Shown piece by piece: positions 58,193-64,000 of a stretch of 64,000 nucleotides of DNA (its first letter is position 1; the number at the start of each line of letters is the position of its first letter). The DNA comes from Candidatus Latescibacterota bacterium. Its GTDB lineage: Bacteria > Latescibacterota > UBA2968 > UBA8231. A model generated the notes under the pieces. The model was not told the DNA's origin. It worked only from the letters and a program-made list of their open reading frames with translations, and searched no databases. Both the position numbers and the translations under genes were made by a program. The stretch spans positions 1,984,001 to 2,048,000 of the forward strand of contig CBDCDC010000002.1 in the NCBI GenBank assembly GCA_965215195.1. The letters are read 5' to 3'.

Positions 58193-59862
58193 CGAGCCGC
58201 TCTCACCATTGGTTTGGGCATGACGGCGCGATACGTTTCGATGAGCTTCTCCAGCGCCTTCGCGGGGATTCTGCGGTCGTTCTCCAGACGATAGGGATGA
58301 CCGGGCCATTTATGAAAGCAGGATTGCCAGTATTCAAAAGTGCGGAGGTCGTTCGGCGTTCCCCAGCACATATAGCTGTCGAGCTCGAACATGCGGCAGT
58401 TCAGACCGAGTGCTATGGCGTCGTTGACACATGAGTCGATATGGAATTCGCCGTTGACCCGACCGTTTCGTTCGATCATCCGCTCGACACTGCGCCGGAA
58501 GTCGTCCGCGCGGCGGAATGTGAACGTGCCGGACACGATGGGGTCGGAATCCGGCGACTTGAGCGGCGTTTTGACCGAGATCGTATCTATCCGCTCGTTG
58601 TCGGTCTTGATCCAGCCGAACATGTGCGGATGGCGAGCCGCGTTGGCGTGGCCACGAACCCCCCAGACAATCACGTCCACGTCCTGGTCGTCAGCCAGTC
58701 GCTGAAACGCCGCAACATCGTACAACGCTCCGTGATCGCAGGCACCAAAAGTTATGGGACCCGGGGCCTTACCCAAGGCCTGCTCGAGCGCGTCGAGACC
58801 AATCAGGGCCGTGCATGCCTGCCCCTCGGTGACGTGGGGTATCGTCTTGATGATCGAATTCGGATAAAGGCGTCCGAGTTCCCCGGAGATCGCCCGGGAC
58901 CCGGGCATATCTGCTCGCAGAACAAAAACGTGGTGCTTGGCGGGTGGGAGTGCTCGTACAGCTTGAACTACCATGGGCCTTCCCGACACGGGGATCATCG
59001 GCTTGGCCGTACGGTAGCCTTCACTGACAAACCGCTGGCCAAGCCCCCCCATGGGAAGGATCAAAGAACCTCGGGGCTTGGCGCCGATGCTCGGTTTTTC
59101 TACGAGTCTTCGGAATGCCTTGGACCAGCCTTTGTACTCCGCAACGTCCTCGGGCGTTCCCCATTGCATGAAATGCTGCAATGGATAAACGGCTACCGGC
59201 TCGTTGCTCTCGATCAGGGGCTTGTAAGCCAGACTGACGTAGTATTCTCCGCCCACATTCAGATTCTGCTCCATCACCACCCGGAAGGCATCGCTCATGA
59301 TCTGCCCCGTGGCGAAGTAGTAGGTTCCACTGGAGGCGAACTCTTCCATTCGATCATGGGTATAGGGCTTTTTTTCTTGAATATCCCGAACCCATCCGTC
59401 GATTTCACGCATATAGGCATAATTCGTGTTCCCCAGAGAGTGGGGATGAAAGCCTTTATATGCAGGAATTGCCCCGGTACAAGCCGTTTCCTTGACGAAT
59501 TGCTTGAAGTGGCACCAATCCCAATAGCAGGAGAAGTCACAGTAATTGACCACGACCGGGCGGAGGGGGTCGAGCAAGTGCTCGGCTTGGCGTATTGCAT
59601 GCACCGGGCCGAAGCCATGTGGAGGTATGCCGATGATTCGCCCTGTGGGGCAGAGCTCCCTCAGGATTGACTTCATGCGGTATAGCGGGTCATCGAGGTC
59701 ATTCTGGTTGCAGATGAAGACGATGTCGCTTTCTCCGGGAAACAGGTCGAGAACATGCGCGATGACAGGATTGCCGTTCATTTCGATCAGCGGCTTGGGA
59801 ACGGTATAGCCCGCTCTGCGAAAGCGCTCTCCGCGGCCGGACATGGGAATGACGATCTGCAT
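58189..59862 (-). CDS. Tandem two-domain nucleotidyltransferase (NTP_transferase-like)
   Basis: Two repeats: IPMSGRGERF..GY..PKPLI...NYCD...WGTPED and LPMGGLGQRF..GY..KPMI...ACD...WGTPNDL; ATG 59862. Confidence 0.85.
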   Translation of the reverse strand: MQIVIPMSGRGERFRRAGYTVPKPLIEMNGNPVIAHVLDLFPGESDIVFICNQNDLDDPLYRMKSILRELCPTGRIIGIPPHGFGPVHAIRQAEHLLDPLRPVVVNYCDFSCYWDWCHFKQFVKETACTGAIPAYKGFHPHSLGNTNYAYMREIDGWVRDIQEKKPYTHDRMEEFASSGTYYFATGQIMSDAFRVVMEQNLNVGGEYYVSLAYKPLIESNEPVAVYPLQHFMQWGTPEDVAEYKGWSKAFRRLVEKPSIGAKPRGSLILPMGGLGQRFVSEGYRTAKPMIPVSGRPMVVQAVRALPPAKHHVFVLRADMPGSRAISGELGRLYPNSIIKTIPHVTEGQACTALIGLDALEQALGKAPGPITFGACDHGALYDVAAFQRLADDQDVDVIVWGVRGHANAARHPHMFGWIKTDNERIDTISVKTPLKSPDSDPIVSGTFTFRRADDFRRSVERMIERNGRVNGEFHIDSCVNDAIALGLNCRMFELDSYMCWGTPNDLRTFEYWQSCFHKWPGHPYRLENDRRIPAKALEKLIETYRAVMPKPMVRAAR

Positions 59863-59940
59863 GGCTAGTGGTTTGTTCAGTCCCAGGGTAAACCCCCGGC
59901 TGTACCGGGAGGCTCGTCTCGTTTGACGTATACGTGAATA

Positions 59941-59971
59941 ACTGATGTTACGCACGGTGCGTAACGTCAGT
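59941..59971. repeat. Minimal family C palindrome (two abutting ends)
   Basis: ACTGATGTTACGCA-cgg-TGCGTAACGTCAGT. Confidence 0.7.
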
Positions 59972-60401
59972 AAATAAAGGGGTGGATAGAAAGGAACAGG
60001 AACCGGCCGCCATGGCGGACGACGGTCACGGCGTACAGACGAAGGCCGCACGGGCAACATGCGGCGCGGGGCGGGACGGATCGCCAAACGGCCGCTTGGG
60101 ATCCGTCGCCAGTGCTTGAGCAGCAGGGAATCTAGCGCTTGAGTGCTTGAGCAGAATTTCGAGGGGGGGGGGGGGGTAAACTATTGTTTTTTAATGACTT
60201 ACGTAACATTTTTAGCAGGTCGAGAATCGGTGGTGTATTCGGTGCGCCATGCGCTTTACGATGAGCGTAAAGGACAAACACAACATCTCACGGCCTTGTA
60301 TTCTATGGTCGCCGAGTGAATAAATCAAGGGATATTTGAAATTGCAGTCCCCGGATAAAGAGGCAGAACGGCCCAAAAAATTCAAAGCGACCCACGACCC
60401 C

Positions 60402-60599
60402 TTATTCGTTCGGTAGTGGATTACACGGGCGGCGGGGACCGACCGGCGGGGGCGCGATGTGTGTGTTGATTGACGCGGCACTGAGGGTAGTGCCAGGCAG
60501 CCACAGCGTTTTCAACTTGTCTAGGCTGAGCAACGGACTCACATCCGTAATGGCCGCTCTACCCAGAGCCAGCCATTTCAGGCCGGTCAGGCTCGCCAA
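60402..60599 (-). pseudogene. Leucine-rich repeat (internalin-like) fragment
   Basis: LASLTGLKWLALGRAAITDVSPLLSLDKLKTLWL matches the LRR consensus; no proper start. Confidence 0.65.
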
Positions 60600-60992
60600 C
60601 GAAGTATGCCATCAAAACAAAACTGATGTTACGTAGCTTTAAGGCAGCCCCTCACTTCAGCACATCCTTGAAATGACGGGGCGGTTTCGAGATTTGGGTC
60701 AACTGCGTACCGTCAGTGAGGAAGCTCCGCACGTTGGAGCCTCCGACCAACCGCGCATACCGGCGCACCCGTGGACAAGGCATACTGCGCTGCAGCAATA
60801 GAGCCGTATAGACCACTGCCAACCCGGCACCGAATGGATCGCCGAGCGTCAGCACAGCGATCATCCGGCCCTTGATGGGGCTTAAGAGATCGCAGCCTAA
60901 TGGCCGAAAATATGAAGGGCTGACGGATGTTACGCACGGGCAGGACGATGCGTAACTTTACAAGTTGGCTTTTCTCACTCTGCTTTAGCCCC

Positions 60993-61922
60993 TTAGGAGG
61001 CGCTCTTGCCCAAGGTGCTACACATCGATCCGACGACCACCAGTATGGTACCGCCGACGGCGGGTTTGTTGAGGGGTTCCATGGGGACTAGGTTGGGGTC
61101 AAAGAGGGCGAGTAGGCCCATCACGGCCATAGTGACCAGAGGAGTCAACGAGACCAGCGCGCCCATGCGCGAAGCCTCCATCCGCTTGAGCGATTCGGCG
61201 AAGCTGAGATAGGAGACGAGGGTGAAGACGACCGAGCAGGCCAAAAGCAAAAAGGGGATGGCCGGCAGATCGAATATGCGGCTCGGCTGGGCCAAGGGCA
61301 GGAACAGCATCGTGCCGAACCAATAGACCAAGGCCATAATCGAGGTCGAGGGCAGGTGGCGCAGCAGGGGTTTTTGCGCCAGCATGAAAACCCCCCAGAG
61401 AATGGCCGAGGTAAAGACGAGCCAAACGCCGATCCCGTAGTTTTCTACCAAGGAGAGCAGTTCGGCGAAGCGCTGATTAAAAAAGAGCCCCATCCCCACG
61501 ATCAGCACACCGAGGCCGATCCACTGCAAACGGCTAAAGGGTTCTTTGAAGAGAATCAGCCCGCCCAAGAGCACAATTATTGGCGAAAACTGCATCACGA
61601 TCTGGGCCGAGCCGGGCGAGATGCGGCCCAGCCCCATCAGATACGTCAGGTAGTTGCCGCCGAGGCCGAGGACGCAAACCACCGCCAGCACCAAGGCCGC
61701 GCCGCGAATCCGAAAAGGAGAAGCAAGGCCGTAGCGAAAGTGGACGACGGGGAACAGCATGGCCCCCGCGAGCAGGAAGCGATACCAAGTAACCGTAAAG
61801 GGGTCCAGCGATTGCAACAGCAGCTTGAGCACCACGGGCAGGGTGCCCCACAGCAGCAGGGTGATAGAGGCGAGGGCCAGCCCTAGGAATTGATGCTCAG
61901 TCCGGTTGCTCACGGTCGCCAA
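60993..61922 (-). CDS. DMT/EamA family transporter
   Basis: LLWG, WYRF, GL..ISPGSAQ, FKE, two-repeat 10-TM layout. Confidence 0.9.
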   Translation of the reverse strand: MATVSNRTEHQFLGLALASITLLLWGTLPVVLKLLLQSLDPFTVTWYRFLLAGAMLFPVVHFRYGLASPFRIRGAALVLAVVCVLGLGGNYLTYLMGLGRISPGSAQIVMQFSPIIVLLGGLILFKEPFSRLQWIGLGVLIVGMGLFFNQRFAELLSLVENYGIGVWLVFTSAILWGVFMLAQKPLLRHLPSTSIMALVYWFGTMLFLPLAQPSRIFDLPAIPFLLLACSVVFTLVSYLSFAESLKRMEASRMGALVSLTPLVTMAVMGLLALFDPNLVPMEPLNKPAVGGTILVVVGSMCSTLGKSAS

Positions 61923-63052
61923 GAGGTCCTCAGCCTCTCGACGACCCCTTCATCCACTTCAATCCCCAATCCCGGCCCGGCCGGCACGCGCACAAAGCTG
62001 TCCTCTTGGTCAAACGGCACCGCGCACAACTCTTGACGGATGGCATTAGGCGTGCGGTCGAATTCCATCACCGGCTCCTGCACATAGGGCTGGGCGTTGT
62101 GCGCTGGCGGGCAGGGCGGCAAGGTGGCGGCTAGGTGTAAAGTGGCGGCGATCATAACGGGCGAACCCCAGACGTGGGGGTTGACCTGAATGCCACAGGC
62201 GTTGGCCATGGCGCATATCCGCTGCATCTCGGTGATGCCGCCGCAGTGCATGACGTCGGGCTGGACGATGTCGTAGGCGCGGCGCGTCAGATAGGGCTTG
62301 AATTCGTAGCGAGTGCGCAGGTTTTCGCCGCCGGCAATGGCCATGGGCAGCGCGGCTTTGACTTCCAAATAGGCGTCCAAGTCTTGGGCGTTGACCGGCT
62401 CTTCAAACCACACCAGATCCAGTTCGGCCAGCTTCTGGCCAATGCGAATCGCCGCGGTGGCGTTGTAGGCTTCGTTGGCGTCGACCATGAGGTGAATGTC
62501 CGGGCCGATGGCTTCGCGTAATGCCCGGACGCGCGTGACGTCCTCGGCGATGGACAGCCCTCCAACCTTGGTCTTCATCCCCTTGAAGCCTGCGGCCACA
62601 TAGGCCCGCGCCTCGTCGAGCAGGCGGTCGGGGAACTCGCCTTCGGTGTAGTAGAGGCCGGTGGCATAGACGGCGATTTTATCGCGGACCTTGCCGCCGA
62701 GGAGGGCGCAGAGCGGGAGGCCGGTGGCTTTGCCAGCGAGATCCCAGAGGGCGATGTCGAGCGCGGAAAGGGCGCTGCCGGCTAGGCCGACCGCGTTGTT
62801 GCCGTTGTAGAGCGCGTGGAACATGCGCTCCCACAGCCCTGCGCGATCCATGGGGTCTTGGCCGATGAGCAGCGGAGCGAGCAAGCCGTCGATGAGGTCG
62901 GCGGCCGCGCCTTCGCCCCAGCCCACGAGGCCGTCGTCTGTGGTGACTTTGACGAGCGCGGTGCTGCGCTGGTCGATCCATCCCTGAGACCAGCCAAAGG
63001 GGCGCTGGAGGGAGCAGGTGAGGTCGAAGGTCTCGATGGCAGCGATTTTCAT
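61910..63052 (-). CDS. Mandelate racemase / muconate lactonizing enzyme family protein
   Basis: GLVGWGE, LDIALWDLAGK, KTKVG, MVDAN, WFEEP, GEN, QPD, PHVW. Confidence 0.92.
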   Translation of the reverse strand: MKIAAIETFDLTCSLQRPFGWSQGWIDQRSTALVKVTTDDGLVGWGEGAAADLIDGLLAPLLIGQDPMDRAGLWERMFHALYNGNNAVGLAGSALSALDIALWDLAGKATGLPLCALLGGKVRDKIAVYATGLYYTEGEFPDRLLDEARAYVAAGFKGMKTKVGGLSIAEDVTRVRALREAIGPDIHLMVDANEAYNATAAIRIGQKLAELDLVWFEEPVNAQDLDAYLEVKAALPMAIAGGENLRTRYEFKPYLTRRAYDIVQPDVMHCGGITEMQRICAMANACGIQVNPHVWGSPVMIAATLHLAATLPPCPPAHNAQPYVQEPVMEFDRTPNAIRQELCAVPFDQEDSFVRVPAGPGLGIEVDEGVVERLRTSWRP

Positions 63053-63126
63053 AAACAGGTCTCTGAGGTTGACAGTTGGGGGGGAGAAATATAGGCTATC
63101 CAAATTTGCAGATAAAGGAGGCGAAC

Positions 63127-64000
63127 ATGAAAATCACCGCGGTGAAATTGCTGGTGTTGGAAGACCCAGGGCGCAAGGGAAGCGTCGGGCATAATATCGT
63201 GCGGGTAGAGGGGCTGCGGAGGATACAATACACGCACAAGGGAAGGCCAGACCGAGAACTGCGCCCGGTGCGGCAGAGCTTCTTGGAAGTCCATACGGAC
63301 GAGGGAATTGTGGGGCGCAGCGATACGTCGATGACTCCCTATCAGGCCGACATCGTGCGGTATCACGCGGTGGGGCGGAGCCCTTGGGAACGCGAGGGGC
63401 TGTTTCAGCAGTTTTGCAAGGGAACCCGGTGGGTGTACCAGCCCCCGGGTTGGTTTGGGGCATTTGACAACTGTCTGTGGGACATTTTGGGCAAGTACGC
63501 GGGGCTGCCGGTCTATGCGTTGGTGGGGCGTGTGCGGCCGCGGCTGCCCGCGTATCTGACCGGCGGAGATGCGGATGTAGAGGGGTATCTCAGGGCCATA
63601 GAGACCGGCAAGCAAATGGGCATTGGGGCGTACAAGTTTCACACGTATAAAGGCGGCAAGGCCGATATTCCCATTTACCGGGCCGTGCGGGACGCCGTGG
63701 GGCCGGATTACGATTTGATCACCGATCCAGTGTGCTCCTATGACCTGCGCGAGGCCATTGAAGTGGGGCGCGTACTGGAGGAGCTAAACTTTGTGTGGTT
63801 GGAAGAGCCGATGCACGAGCAGAAGATGAATCAGTATCAGGAGCTGTGCCGAGCGTTGACCATTCCGGTGATGGGGACCGAGATGCTGATGCACGATATG
63901 GGTTTGACGGCGCAATGGCTGATCCAAGGGGCGACCGATCGCCTGCGCGGCAATGCCCGGCACGGGGCGACGCAGGTGCTAAAGCTGGCGCATCTGGCCG
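63127..64000 (+). CDS. Second enolase-superfamily (mandelate racemase-like) protein, runs off window end
   Basis: Manual translation from ATG 63127 (RBS AAGGAGG): MKITAVK...HTDEGIVG...FDNCLWDILGKYAGLPVY.L...YKFH...TDP...WLEEP. Confidence 0.88.
   Translation, partial: MKITAVKLLVLEDPGRKGSVGHNIVRVEGLRRIQYTHKGRPDRELRPVRQSFLEVHTDEGIVGRSDTSMTPYQADIVRYHAVGRSPWEREGLFQQFCKGTRWVYQPPGWFGAFDNCLWDILGKYAGLPVYALVGRVRPRLPAYLTGGDADVEGYLRAIETGKQMGIGAYKFHTYKGGKADIPIYRAVRDAVGPDYDLITDPVCSYDLREAIEVGRVLEELNFVWLEEPMHEQKMNQYQELCRALTIPVMGTEMLMHDMGLTAQWLIQGATDRLRGNARHGATQVLKLAHLA

Noticed and set aside
60652-60864. Short minus-strand ORF, possible gene remnant
   Set aside because: No recognisable motif or RBS; cannot be supported.

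Overview
GC-rich bacterial window. Sulfatases, several PhyH dioxygenases, enolase-superfamily enzymes, a protein ending in an ENYPNPFNP/FlgD-type domain and a secreted protein ending ...SWGKIK suggest a Latescibacterota/Gemmatimonadota-like organism (inference only). Three lower-GC defence islands sit in this background. (1) 0.4-11.7 kb: a coupled minus-strand operon of PLD-SNF2 helicase, large Eco57I/type IIG-like N6 MTase, RloC/PrrC-like ABC ATPase-HEPN, TIR protein and AAA/DUF4143 ATPase. (2) 30.4-40.9 kb: a type I RM locus with a five-gene cassette between hsdM and hsdS (hypothetical, TIR, Nmad2-like, MazG/MazG_C, UDG-superfamily); this is the best candidate for an uncharacterised system. 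hsdR sits in the toxin position behind an orphan antitoxin with its own promoter and operator. (3) 43.8-47.1 kb: IS630, orphan Phd antitoxin, m4C MTase and a truncated convergent endonuclease-like gene. Also present: an expanded GtrA/GT2/GT-C glycosylation cassette (54-60 kb), several decayed genes (collapsed RND pumps, a PhyH gene split by a 1 kb insert, a DUF362 gene with an in-frame stop, a frameshifted gtrA) and several families of MITE/REP-like repeats, some nested. No rRNA, tRNA or CRISPR array was seen. All family calls come from reading motifs by eye; no database search was run.
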